Below, piece by piece: positions 1 to 12,650 of a DNA stretch of 64,000 bases (its first letter is position 1; each line of letters begins with the position of its first letter). Position numbers and translations under genes: made by a program. The notes beneath the pieces were generated by a model. The model saw only the letters and a program-made list of their open reading frames with translations. It was not told the DNA's origin and did no database searches. The DNA comes from the human T2T-CHM13v2.0 reference genome, Homo sapiens. The DNA is taken from assembly GCF_009914755.1 (NCBI RefSeq), contig NC_060927.1; one strand, 5' to 3'.

Positions 1-750
1 TGGACTAACCACCCTGCACGTGCTGCCCAGTTTCAACACACTTCCTCAGCCGAGACTTGAGATGCAAATTGAGGGTAAACTCAGCTTCCAGGCATAGACT
101 TGAACATTTAATGCCAACAAAGTCCCATTGTCAGACCCCTCCTGCAACTCCTAATCCACATATGTCTATCCGGCATCCACTAGGACAACTACCTGCGTCC
201 ACAACATTAACATGATGTGGACACCCCAGAAGTCCACTAAAACCCAGTGGGGCAAGGAATGACTGTACTAGAAATGTGTGAAAACAATGAGATTTGAGGG
301 TCTTTACTGATCAATGATAGAGGATGAGGAAAAAGAAGAAAGGAAAAAGATCAGTGAATGTCTCAAGAAGACAAAAATAAAGGAGATTAGGAGAGACAAT
401 CAGGGAGAGAAAAGAAATGTTGAGGGTTAAGAGGAGAAATAATTGACAACAGAAAATGAAGGTCAGTCATCTGGGCCAAGTGTATCATTTACTTATCAAC
501 TTGGTATTTCCTAAGATCTAATGTGATAGGAGATACTACAGAAATTAGAATGAAATATGACTTTAATATTGATTAAGTTCTATCCTGGCACTTGCCCTCA
601 AAGGAAAGATCAATTACCATAATCAGGGAATAGACTTTTTTAAAAACAAAAAACAAAAGCCATAATTCCAGTGGCTTTCCTGAGAGAATTTATGAGTATT
701 GCCATAGATTAAAGAATGGATATCCTCCAGCAGATGACAGCAAAAAATTC

Positions 751-945
751 TGTAGCACAGAGTTTAGGGACTCGAGTCTGGAGTCAGACTCGGGGGCTCA
801 AACGCCAACTTTGCAGCTTAAGAGTTGGGTGACTCCTGCAAGTTCCTTACTATTTATTTGATCCTCAGTCTCCTTCTCAGCAAAACAGGAGAGTACAGAT
901 TTCATTGGATTCTTGTAAATACTGAATATGATAGTGTATGTTACA
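751..945 (+). mobile_element. MIR SINE (diverged)
   Basis: tctggagtcagact...ggctcaaa...gggtgactcctgcaagtt...cctcagtctccttctcagcaaaacagg matches the MIR core order. Confidence 0.65.
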
Positions 946-3891
946 AAAGTAAATCATAAGCCCAAAGTTCTTTTACTTGGCCTTGATTAAAATTATAATT
1001 AAAGCATTGGCTATTAGGTTCAGAGCATTTAGGGGTAAACTTCTAAGCAAAGAAACTGTTAACCCAAGCACTACTGAAAACATAAATCCTGGAGTAATCA
1101 TAACCCTTTGTTTAGAGAGAAGAAAGAAAAGGTCTAAAGACTATTTAAAGTAAAGTGAAATTTGAGACCAATCTGTGGAGTTCGTGTTCTTGTAAAGCTG
1201 AATATAGGCATCATTTGGTTTACCAGAGCTGGCAATGATCTATCGCACAAATTGAAAGATTTACTTTAACTGTGAATCTGTAACCTTGGACTCTGGATAT
1301 TTATAGCTGTAATGAGAAATTACATTTGTTAGAATGTTTGTATTAACTTTTTTCCCCACAGGAACTTGGTTTGCCAACTAACCTTGTAATAACCATAGAC
1401 TAAGATGTCAGTGATCTAGTTACAGTTTACTCAAGCCATTTGAAAAGCTGAACATTTTCTTGCTGAAAGTAATACATCTAAAGTCATACTTCCCTGAGAG
1501 AATAAGTCATTTTGGAGTTAATCAAGAAAGGGACAGATTATCATCAAAATACAATGCAAAAATCTCAATTTTTCACAACAATGCAATTCATTCAGCAAAT
1601 CTCAATACTCCCATGCTACACGAACCTTCTTTAGATTTTCTCCTGGGTGTATCTTTGAAGGAGCATGAGGAATATTTGCTATGGCTCAAAAACCAGATAT
1701 GCATTCCATCTGTTTAAAAGCTTATAGGGTATTATAGATGAAGCAAGCTTCTAAATTCAACCTTAAATAATGGGAAAATCGAACAAAAACAACACCCTAA
1801 CAGATTTATTTTAATAATTCTGGCAAGAAGTACAAATCTAAGGAAACAGAAGCAAAATACAGGATAATTCAGAATACTAAGAACCTGCTATTGTTTAACT
1901 GAAAGCATAGGTAAAAGTTACAAAAAGTGATGCCACGTTTTGATGCTGCTTACTGGCTGCATCTAGAGAGAGGCAAGGAGGTATCAGGCATTTCTGCCAA
2001 AGCTAGGTGAGGTATTAACCACTGAGAAGATAATAGGAATAGATGAGCAAGTTATCCAGATGGTACAAGATGGCAGGTAATGTATGGATAATTGCAAGCC
2101 TCTCCGGAGTTAAGGGTACTAAAGAAAAGAAAGTCTATGTCTAAAGAGGAGAAAAGAAGACAGACAAGCTGGTTACATTGGAGATTTTTATTTATAAGAC
2201 TGACACAGGTTAATTTCATTCCCATCAAGCAATTATTAATAAATTCTCACAAGGTTTTATCGTGGATAAAAGAATTGTAATACGTGATTTTAAATATTTT
2301 AATTGCCAAAAATAAATTTCCAAAGTATTCACAGCATTTTTTTACTTTGAAAAGTAATTAGCATAAGCAAATAACACCTCCTGGGTGACTACTTAACATA
2401 TATACTGGCTACTATTCATGAAATTGTATTTAAAATGCAGAGTCAAATTTCCATATGTAAGATAAACAGTATATTCTTCATTTCATTTTTAAAAATATAA
2501 GAGATTAATTAGCTAAATAATTTCCCTGGAAAACTATTAAGTAGGACAGAGGATTCAAGACCCTAAAATTAATTTTTCAAATGTTAAGAGGTTTATACAT
2601 CCAAGCTCACTTCCATTCTCATATTGCTTATTTAATGACTTCCTGCAAACACAGACACCACAGCCCAAGATCTTTCTCTTTCCTATATGGAGTAATAAGA
2701 CAGAGAACTTAAAGTTTTGGTCTTTGCAAAATATGTGTACTTTCTTCTTGACCATTAATTCTTGAGCCCTGAGGCAGATAGAAAAATTGGAGTAGTGTGC
2801 CAAATGTCAATGTAAAGGAGACAAATTTGACAGGAGATGGAGAAGCATTAACCCCTTATACCTATATATCTAAAATGGTATGTTATATATGTTAAATACA
2901 CATAAAGGATTTCCGTCTGCACCATCATAGAACGATCTAAGATTCAAGCACCCAAAATTACATGATACTGATGCCAGTATTCTTTACATATTAGAAAAAT
3001 CTTGAACTAGTTCTTAAATCTGATGACTTGGGTCTCCCCAGTCTGTTCAATAAGACATTTTGACTCCTATTAAGAAGAAACACTCTTCTTATTTCAACTT
3101 GGAAATTAACAAAGAAAACAGCATTCATTGTAGGGAAAAATGGCACATTATTTTTTATAACCTCCTCTTACTTGAGTAGAAAAATAATCCACTTAATGTG
3201 TCTAGAAGGGCAGTAACCCTACATTAGGGGAGAACAGACTCCCAGGGAAAAAGCCATTTACAAAACATTGAGGAACTGCCAAACGTTGTAGGGTTCATAC
3301 AGCCACAGCTAATTACTATGTATATTGTATTTCTGGACCTACTGGCAATATATTGGCTGATCTTTCTGGATTGTGTCTTCTCAGCTGAACGTTGTTTATT
3401 TCCCACATCATGCAAATGACAGGGAGGATGTTGGTCTATTTTGTGATTGGCAGGGTAAAAACTTAAAATTGTGTTTTAGATTAGGTCACAAAAAAGTGTG
3501 CCAGATGGTTGTTAACAAAAAAGAAAATGCTTTCAACAAACCTCACATGTTGTATAATCTTGGACAAAATACAAAAGATGTAAATGTCCTGCCACAAATA
3601 TATTGGAGCTGGATCCACCTGACAATGCTGAAATATCTAGTAGAAACAATTCCCAAAGAGGTATGAATCTGACTTTTCTCTCTAGAAAAACTGCTGGATG
3701 ACTTCTTAGAAAAGTTAAGTCAGAACCCATGTTTTTTTAAAAAATCATTTTTCAGTGGTACCTTTGTATTTATTGTCTACTCTAGTATTTTCTCTTGCCT
3801 GGGGTGGGGGGAAACATTTTTTCACCTGTATTATCTTCAGAGAAGATAATACACCTGCAGTGTTTTAGCTTGGAAAGTTTTAAAAAGTAAA

Positions 3892-4010
3892 CAGGACATG
3901 GTGGCACATACCTGTAGTCTCAACTACTTAGGAAGCTGAAGCATGAGGATGGCTTGAGCCTAGGAGTTTCAGTCTAGCGTGGGCAACATAGTGAGACTCC
4001 CATCTCTAAA
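3892..4010 (+). mobile_element. Free left Alu monomer (FLAM_A-like)
   Basis: Single monomer: gtggcacatacctgtagtctcaactact...gcttgagcctaggagttt...tgggcaacatagtgagactcccatctctaaa. Confidence 0.85.
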
Positions 4011-4349
4011 GGTAAGTAGATACATAGGTAAATAAAACAAAGGCAGTATATTTTCATTTCCTTAATAAAAATCTTGAGGAAGGTGGGGGAAAAGGCATGT
4101 ACTAGCTTGCGTTCCTCATAGTCCATTAGCAGATAATTTTCTCAATAGTGTATGAGGACAAAAATAAATAAATAAGACCAGTTTCACATTTAGGTCCCTA
4201 GAGATTCACAATCATCATCCCCCTTCTGTCTGCCAGGATTTAAATTTTATTTTTAATGTGGCCTCTCTTACGCATTTCCCTCTCTCTGCAGATTTCCTAG
4301 TCTCTCCCAAGATAACTGGAATTGTACTCAGTATTAGTCAAGTGAGAGT

Positions 4350-4900
4350 GCCATTTATTGACCACCGAAGAAAAGCCAGGTACTCTGCAGATCTCACTTC
4401 ATTCCTCATAGCCATACCAGGAGGTAGCCCATTTGCAGATGGGCAAACTGTAACTCAAGGTTTCTCACCTAGGAAGGGACTGAGCAGAGTCTCAAACTGA
4501 TATGGTTTGGCTCTGTGTCCCCACCTAAATCTCATTTTGAATTGTAATTTCCCCATGTGGAGGGAGAGACCTGTAATCCCCATGTGTCAAAGGAGGGAAG
4601 TAATTGGATTATGGGGGTGGGTTTCCCCCATGCTGCTCTTGTGATCATAAGTAAGTTATCAGGAGATCTGGTGGTTTTATAAGTGGTAGTTTTTCCTGTT
4701 TGCACATGCTTTCTCTCACCTGCCACCATGTAAGATGTGCCTGCTTCCCCTTCCACCATGATTGTAAGTTCCCTGAGGCCTCCCCAGCCATGCAGAACTG
4801 TGAGTCAATTAAGCCCTTTTTCTTTACAGATTACACAGTCTCGGGCAGTTCTTCATAGCAGTGTGAAAATGGACTAACACACAAACCTAGATCTAACTCT
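4350..4900 (-). mobile_element. MIR interrupted by THE1D
   Basis: cccatttgcagatgggcaaactgtaactc...agcagagtctcaaac | LTR | caaacctagatctaactc resumes the MIR. Confidence 0.55.
4498..4881 (+). mobile_element. MaLR solo LTR, THE1D-like
   Basis: Starts tgatatggtttggctctgtgtcccc and ends gtgtgaaaatggactaacaca; 384 bp; exact 5-bp TSD caaac at 4493-4497 and 4882-4886. Confidence 0.92.
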
Positions 4901-5447
4901 CAGACATGTTGTTGATGTTGACAGAAGGTAAAAGAGTCCATACCAAATGAACATTCTTTTAGCTACATACAGCAATTAATTTTCACCAGCCCTTGAGAAA
5001 AGATTTGAAGCACTAGTCAGAAGGAAAATTTATTAAATAGAAGGGAAAGACATCAAAGAGTTAATAAATTCAGAAACTGTACAACTGAGCCAGGTGTTGA
5101 ACAGAGGACTAGACATGGAGTTAGGGTGAGTAAGAGGGAGAGAGAGAGGGAGAGAAACACTAAGAAAAGAAAGGCAGAGAACCATGCAACGACTTCCCTG
5201 ATTTTAACAATGAAAGTGGCTCAGAACATAGGAGTTACTTGGCCAATAGAGTTAAAGGTCTTACTTAAGAAGTACCATGCAAATTCCATTTCTGGTTGCC
5301 AGACCCTGATATACCACATGTTCATTTCTCAATAAGTGCATGTTAGGTAAATTGACCACTGTCTCTTCTGAAATGGAAATGTCTATAGTGGTAAAGGCAT
5401 TGCCATTGGATTTGAAAGCTGCAAAGCAAGTTGACTGCAGGGAACTC

Positions 5448-5478
<31 letters not shown>
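5448..5478. repeat. (TG)n microsatellite
   Basis: Directly visible. Confidence 0.95.
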
Positions 5479-5479
<1 letters not shown>

Positions 5480-5623
5480 GCTTGTAAATTATTCTTTTAA
5501 ACTGCTTACAAATTAGCTGTGAAACTGGTAGTATGTAGTTGTCCATGTCAATAACAAAAAAGCAAACACACAAAAAATGCAGATCAGAAGAAACATAACC
5601 TCAGTCACTTCATATTAACAGAC

Positions 5624-5930
5624 CATTCACTCATCCATTTGTTTAAATATTTATTTAATAACTACCACATGCTACGCACTGTGCTACATGTTAGGGGATA
5701 TATTGGTGAATAAAATAGTTATGGTTTTAGCAATTACAAAGCTTACAATCTAGTCAGAAAAACAGACAAAATTCAAGTACAACAGAAATAACTATGTAAC
5801 TACAAATTGTGATAGAATATGAAGGAAATAAATGAGGCACAATGATAAAGACTGGAATGATAGGCGGGTGGATGACAGAGAAATGCATTTACATACAGTG
5901 GTTAGGAAACGCCTTTATGAATCCAAATTC
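5624..5930 (-). mobile_element. L2 3' end
   Basis: cattcactcatccattt...gcactgtgcta...ggggatatattggtgaataaa...agcttacaatctagt is the reverse of an L2 tail. Confidence 0.75.
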
Positions 5931-5939
5931 TAGGATCTA

Positions 5940-6133
5940 GATGGAGCTCTAACTTAAACATATATTGGAATCACATGGAGGGCTTGTTAAACTAGATTGC
6001 TGAGCCCCACCCACCAAAGTGTCTGATTCAGTAGTTCTGGAGTCAGGCAGATAACTTGCATTTCTAGTAAGTTCCCAGGTGATGCTGATGTCACCGAACT
6101 AGGAAGCACACTTTGCAGAATTACCGGACTAGA
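5940..6133. mobile_element. MER5A hAT-Charlie MITE
   Basis: gaatcacatggagggcttgttaaa...tctgattcagtag...tgcatttctagtaagttcccaggtgatgctgatg...cacactttg. Confidence 0.85.
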
Positions 6134-6760
6134 GCATAGTGCAGGAGACAGAAAGGGGCCTGAGCTGAGGTTGGAAGAGTAGGCAGGGAAGCTCTAGATA
6201 CCCTGACACATGCTCAGTGACAATATCAGTGCCAAATTCAGAACCTGTCTAGGACTTGGAGTGAGTCTAATGATCAAGACAACTATGACCACTACTGTTA
6301 TCTTTGCCAAAGGAAGGACCTCTATTACTCCCTCTTCTAAGCTAAGAACCTGAAAGCAAATTTATCAAGGAATACAAAGAACCAACTCTAAAATCAAACA
6401 ATATTTTTTACAAAGCATTGCTATATTAACACAGTATCTACCATCCAAAGAACCTGATGTTATCAGAGCATATTTAATAGAGAAGATAAAAGAGATCAAA
6501 AGGTGGCATCTGCCTTCAAACATAGAGCATTCTGAGGATTACGGCAAGGAAGGCATTTCTGTTAATAGTAGAAGATGTGAGCATGCAATTATTGTAAGAA
6601 TGATCTAAATTATAAGTAAAGAAGATACCCTTGACCTCATCTGGTTTGAAACATTTAACTGGCTTCCAAAGGAAGATAATCTTTATTAGTATTTGAAAAG
6701 TTAGATAGAAAGCTACCAGAATTTTGATAGTTTCGTAGCTCTCAACTTTAGTCTTCCCCC

Positions 6761-6918
6761 AAATCATTTGGGAGCTTGTTAATGGTGTAGATTACCAGAG
6801 CCATCCTCAGAGTTTCTGATGGAATCAGATGAAGTGAGGCCCGGGAATGTGCACTTTAATAGGCATCCTCAGGCATTCTGATGCTGGTAGATTAAGGACC
6901 ACAGTTTGAGAAATACCT
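6761..6918. mobile_element. MER5-family MITE
   Basis: aatcatttgggagcttgtt...cagagtttctgat...gcattctgatgc...ggaccacagtttgagaaatac. Confidence 0.75.
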
Positions 6919-6996
6919 AGTTAAGGCATGGTACCCTGTAAATGGCAAAACCCAGATGGATAATCTCTTATGGATTTTGATAGAGATAATTGAAGT

Positions 6997-7178
6997 TTTA
7001 CTATGTGCCAGGTACTGCTGGGCACTTCTTAAAAGTACTCCCTTTAGTTTTTAACAATTTAAAAAAATAATACTCAAGTGATGAGAAAATGGGATTCAGC
7101 AAAGCAACTTGTCTGTAGTTGATCATGTACCAAATAATTTATAGAGCCAGAATGTAAACTGAGGGTTTCTGACTCCAA
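6997..7178 (-). mobile_element. MIR
   Basis: tactatgtgccaggtactg...gatgagaaaatggg...agagccagaatgtaaac...tctgactcca. Confidence 0.6.
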
Positions 7179-7483
7179 TAATACATTTATTTCAATGATA
7201 CTGAGCTCATGATTGCTAACCTTTGTGAAGCTACGACAATCATTAAACGATTTCCTGGCAACCACAGCTTCTCCTAAAAGCATTATGTGATTTGGCCTTT
7301 TAAAATAAAGAGAAACAGAGTGTAATCATATCTTGAGACTCTGAAAAATCCTTAGATGTCTGAAAATATTCACAGGTGCTGGACAACCAAGTATATGAAT
7401 CAATAAGAGAATCCCTAACTTAAAGTCTTTTCCACTGATATTACACTGGACATATCTATCCAACATCAAGCTCAGAGACAGAA

Positions 7484-7820
7484 TGTTTAGCAGTGAAGGG
7501 TAGAAACTGAAGACAAACGCCTGAGTTAAAAAAAAAAAAAAAGTCTCTATCATGGATTAGCTATGTGAAAGTGGGTAAATGATTTGATTTCTCTGAGCCT
7601 CACTTTCCTCATCTATAAAATAATAATAATTACTTTGGGATTTTTATATAAGATATTATTATATAATACTATTATATATTATTACATACAATATAATTAT
7701 ATATAACATTAATTCCATTAATTATAATTATAGTGTAAAATATATTATATATAATAGCTTACATATTTTTGAATCATTTGGCATAGTACCTACCACACAG
7801 TTGTTCAATACATGTTATCT
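7484..7820 (+). mobile_element. MIR with AT-rich low-complexity expansion (~7640-7760)
   Basis: tctctgagcctcactttcctcatctataaaat...gcatagtacctaccacacag. Confidence 0.7.
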
Positions 7821-8178
7821 TAATTCTTATTAAATTATTACTTTTAAGAGGCATGTGATGCAGTTAATAAAATAGTGGAAAAAACATAAAGGCCCAATAA
7901 ACATAACAAGATGGCCAATCTAATCAGAATTTTGAAAAGGCAAATAATTAAATAAATAAATCAGCAAAATATCACAAAATTCCCCATAAGATCATAAAAA
8001 AGTCAATATTCATAGGATAAAAATATTGGTGAAGAAGAGGAGAAATAGGTATTCTCTCTCATAAACCATAAATTGATACAACCAATAAAAGGGCATTTGA
8101 CAGTTTGTTAAAAAAATTGTTTTAAATGCTGTGATACAGAAATCCTATTTTTTCCTATTGATTCTACACTCAGTAGAA

Positions 8179-8520
8179 CAGATTTCGGTAACCTTTTCCT
8201 GTAAAGGGACAAAGAGTAAATATTTTAGAGTTTGTGAAACTTTTTACAGTCTGTCATGATAACTCAAGTCTACCACAATTGTGTGAAAGCAGTCCCAGAC
8301 AATGCATACATGAATTAGCTTGGCTGTGTTTTAATAAAATTTTATTTATGGACACTGAAAGTTGAATTTTATCTAATTTTCTGGTGTCAAATATTCATAT
8401 CGTGATTTTTTTTCAACCACTTAAAAATGTAAAAACATTTCTTAGCTTGCAGGCTGTAACAAAACAGCAGCAGGCATGATTTGGCTTAGCAGCTAGCTGT
8501 AGTTATCAACTGCTACCTTA
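8179..8520. mobile_element. MER58B-like hAT-Charlie element
   Basis: ttttcctgtaaagggac...gtaaatatttta...ggctgtgttttaataaaattttatttatggacactgaa...gatttggc. Confidence 0.8.
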
Positions 8521-8593
8521 GAGTGATACCTACTCATGTGCACAAGGAGGCATGGACAAAGACATTTACTGTAGCGTTAAAAATCTGAGAACA

Positions 8594-8951
<358 letters not shown>

Positions 8952-10158
8952 CTACATCCATAATCTGGAATATTATGTTATTCTATGCTAATACTATGTT
9001 AGCAAAAAGAATAATTTATCACATACAATTGTAAGAGATACTCAAGAAACTTCATGGTGAAAAAGCAAGTTGCAACTGTTCAGTAAAAATGCAAGCTATG
9101 CTCGGACTTAGAGGTTTTAGTACTTGCACCATTATGGCAGTGAAAAAATTCGTTAGAGAATGAGGTCGGTCACTTTTGGTTCATCATTCTGTGATCACAG
9201 AACACAGTGGGTCCATTTGCTGAGACGGAGCCATTTGCTGTTCATAAATGTTTGGATTTGTCTTTCAACAACTAGCTGACAAAGGCATAGGCTTAAATGA
9301 GAAAAGAGGCAAAGAAAATATAATAGAAAAACTCAAAGAACACATAATTAAAAGCACTTGGGGGACTCCTGAACAGATTCCTACTGTGTTTTTATACTGA
9401 ATGTCATCATTCTCAATGATCAGGAGGCAGATGACAGCATCAAGACAATATGGTGTCAAGTCACATTTCAGAATGTTCCCGGGGCTCTGATCAGCATTAG
9501 CCTGACTAACCAGATCAGAGAAGAAAGTGGTCACAGCAAATACCCTGTCTCAGTTCATTACTCAACACCTGTTAACTGTGATTAACGGCCCTGGCTAATT
9601 ATGTGTTAAGAGCATCTCAGGCTGTAATGGATCCCAGAGGTCTGCAAACTTGACTTCATTTACATGTTTGTCTCCTTTCAGAAGGTCTCAGCCAAACATG
9701 GCCGAAATCTCCCGAGCATTTTATGAACTCCCATGTCATCAACTCAGAGTTTCAAATACACCAGGGTCTTCCTAGAAAGGACAACGAATGTCTGAGATGT
9801 ACATTTGTTTCACAGATAAAGCAGGCAAGGTTTAGATTTTATGGCACATAAATGGGCCTCTTGTTGCAATTAATATTATAAAAGGCTGCTAATCTGTGTG
9901 CATTAAACTAATTGTTACATTTTGTGATCTCGGCTAAAAGACTAAACTGTATTTTGATGGCAGAATGCACTAAAACCTCGCTTTATGTCTCAAACTAAAA
10001 CTGCAAAAGTCAGAAATCAAAAAGGCTTCAGAGAAGCTTTTTGTCTACTCATTTTTAGTTTTAAAAATATGTATTAACATTAATTTTACATAATTATGTC
10101 ATGCTATATTCATACATTAAATATTAATACATATACAAACCTATATATATGTATCTGA

Positions 10159-10161
<3 letters not shown>

Positions 10162-10202
<41 letters not shown>

Positions 10203-10214
10203 ATACACACACAC
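10162..10214. repeat. (TA)n + (CA)n microsatellite
   Basis: Directly visible. Confidence 0.95.
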
Positions 10215-10454
10215 CACAGACGATTAGACAGCCCTTACCAAGGTATTTTTCTTGCTTTTCTTAAATGGTATTGAACCTAACTCTTCCTACAGTTAACTGA
10301 AAGTCAACTAATTAACATCCCTCCCAACTTTTTTTTTTTTTTTTTTTTTTTAGTAGAGGAGCAGAGCTGGCAGCAGACATTAAATCCTTCTTCATTCTTA
10401 TTTGCTTAGTCTAGCAAAGTAATGAGAAAAAAGTAAATCCACTAACAATTGTGT

Positions 10455-10720
10455 GTGATGGAATATTATGCAACATCTAGTATTCATGCTACTGCACTCC
10501 AGCATGGGGAACAAAGTGAGACTGTCAAAAAAAAAAATATTGAATGTCTACATGTACTGATATGGAAAGACATCTATGACATATGAAGTGGAAAAAATCA
10601 AGCTGCTGAACATTAGATAGCATATTATGATGCAAATAAATGTGCTATAATAGCCCAACTCCACATATGTGCATCTTTAGATTCCTGTATACACAAGAAA
10701 GGATCTGAAAACATATAGAA
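10455..10720 (+). mobile_element. Old L1 (L1ME-like) 3' fragment
   Basis: atggaatattatgca...atgtactgatatggaaaga...gaaaaaatcaagctgc. Confidence 0.5.
10485..10537 (+). mobile_element. Very short Alu 3' fragment
   Basis: catgctactgcactccagcatggggaacaaagtgagactgtc followed by an A tail. Confidence 0.85.
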
Positions 10721-10849
10721 TTACAAGGTCTTACAAGCAATCTGGTTCTGCCTTTTTTAGCCCGAATGGGAAGTACCTATCCCAAATGACCTTCATCATC
10801 TTCACAACTAGAAAGAGATTTTCATGGTCCCTTCTACCCAGTAACAGCA

Positions 10850-11065
10850 GAGCACAGTGGTTTGGAACATGTGCCGTGCAGTCAGGCAAGTGTGCCTCAA
10901 ATCATATCTACCACTTACTGGCCAAGTCATCTTAGACAAGTTACTACATTTTCCAGTACTTCTGCTGTTTTCTCATTTGCACAACAGTGCCCGTCTCATA
11001 AAGTTTCGTGAGGGTTGTGATTTAATAGCCGTATAGCACATGCCTTAGCAAGTGTCGTCAACACT
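10850..11065 (+). mobile_element. MIR
   Basis: agcacagtggtt...ctaccacttactggc...cttagacaagttac...gtgagggtt. Confidence 0.6.
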
Positions 11066-11899
11066 CACCTCTCTATCATTCTTAGCTAGTACTTTCTTCA
11101 TCTTGCCTCAGTTATTATTTGAAATGTGCTTGTTTCCTTAGTCATTACATTTTCTAATTTGCCAAATGTTAAACAAGGGCAAGAGTTGGCACTTTCTGTG
11201 TCTCTCTGCTTCCTCCCACCACCACTGTAAGCCCCAAATAAAATAATTGTTTTTTACATTTCTGAAAGCTTTTCACTCTGTTACAAATCAAGGGGCTCCA
11301 ACATGCCCTTGTTTCTAACAATTCTCAATGCAGTTTAATGCTAGGGGTGAGGTGGGCTCATTGACTTTTGCTCTTGGCTGACATTTCCATTAGCACATGT
11401 GTGGTGTGTATTTTCCTCCAGTATTCTTTTTGCTAAGAGTTCCGTCTTTCTCTAATTTCTTACTTTTAATTGTCTTTTCTTATTGATCTATAAGTTGCTG
11501 TCACTTTGATGAAACCTAAGGGCTTCAAGCACATCTCTGCTATTTACTAGCTGGAATCTTTAAAAAGGTATCAATTAGGTTCAGTTTCTTAATGGGTAAA
11601 ATGGGCATAATATCATCTATACTTTTTCTTCGTTTTGAAATAAATTTGGCTTTTACCACTTAGAGAATTCATGTCAATTTTAGAAAAACAAAGACCAAAA
11701 AATGAAATAAACAAAGATAAAACCATTCATAATCCCACTACAGATGTCAAAAGTCTATTCTACATCCTTCTAGTCCTTATAAATGTACATAACTAAAGGT
11801 TCTGGGTCAAGGGGTCTAGACAATTCTGAATCTTGCTTTATTTCTTATTCTCTCTTCCCAGACCACTCAAAATGTTAAGTCTGATGTGTTTTAATTGAA

Positions 11900-12650
11900 T
11901 ACCTTTCATTGTGCGTAAATATACACCTAAAATCACAAATATAAAGGCTTTTTTACTAAAGGCCATCATGCTTTGCATATTTCCTGTAACTTGCTTTGCT
12001 AACTTTACAATATATCATGTGCAATCATCCATAGCAGATATACATTCTAATTCTTAATGACCTAATAATCATCCATAGCATGTATAACACAGTTCATTCA
12101 ACTAGTCTCAAGTGATCAAAATTCTTTGTTTTCATTTTTTTGCCACTGTGAACAATGCTGCAATAAATAATTTTGTATATATATTTTTATCTATACAGAA
12201 TAATTCACAAAGAGATTACTGTGTTAAAGGCTATGTGTATTTTTTTTATTTAAAATGATACAGCCAAACTGCTAAGCAATATATATTGCTCCTAGCATTT
12301 CTCCACATTCTAACAGCATTGGATGTCATATATTATTAAGTTGTGCCTACATCCCAGGGGAGAAAAACCTATCTTATTTTACTTAGCAATTCTCTGAGAT
12401 TAACTTTTCCTTTTTACTGGCTATTTCTCTCTGGCAAACTGCTCATTCATAATCATTGCCCAGTTTTCATGTGGTTCACTTTCAAAAAACTTGCATGGAG
12501 TGTCTTGGTATTTAAATGGTTTAAGTATTGGTTTGTCATGTGTGTTATAAATGCTGCTTCACCTAGCTCAGTGTTTGCATTTGCTTACTGTCCAACACAC
12601 ATAATGAAAGTCTGTTTAGGAAAATACATGCTTTCATACATCTTTGTTTC
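11900..12650 (-). mobile_element. Highly diverged L1M fragment
   Basis: tttgccactgtgaacaatgctgcaataaat...tctccacattctaacagcatt resembles a reversed old L1 3' region. Confidence 0.45.

Noticed and set aside
197-222. Hairpin gtccaca...tgtggac
   Set aside because: 7-bp stem only; too short for a pre-miRNA or terminator call.
722-742. CTCF-like ccagcagatgacagc (also near 54820)
   Set aside because: Mismatched at core positions; cannot be supported without PWM or ChIP data.
1340-1420. Strong plus-strand acceptor ttaactttttttccccacAG|G (similar at ~22112 and ~32822)
   Set aside because: At 1361 all three frames stop quickly; none of the three has a convincing donor; cryptic acceptors are common.
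9187-9202. Perfect 16-bp palindrome ttctgtgatcacagaa
   Set aside because: About one 8-bp-arm palindrome is expected by chance in 64 kb.
9698-9715. MAEISR resembles the start of an MFF isoform
   Set aside because: Similarity ends after six residues; coincidence.
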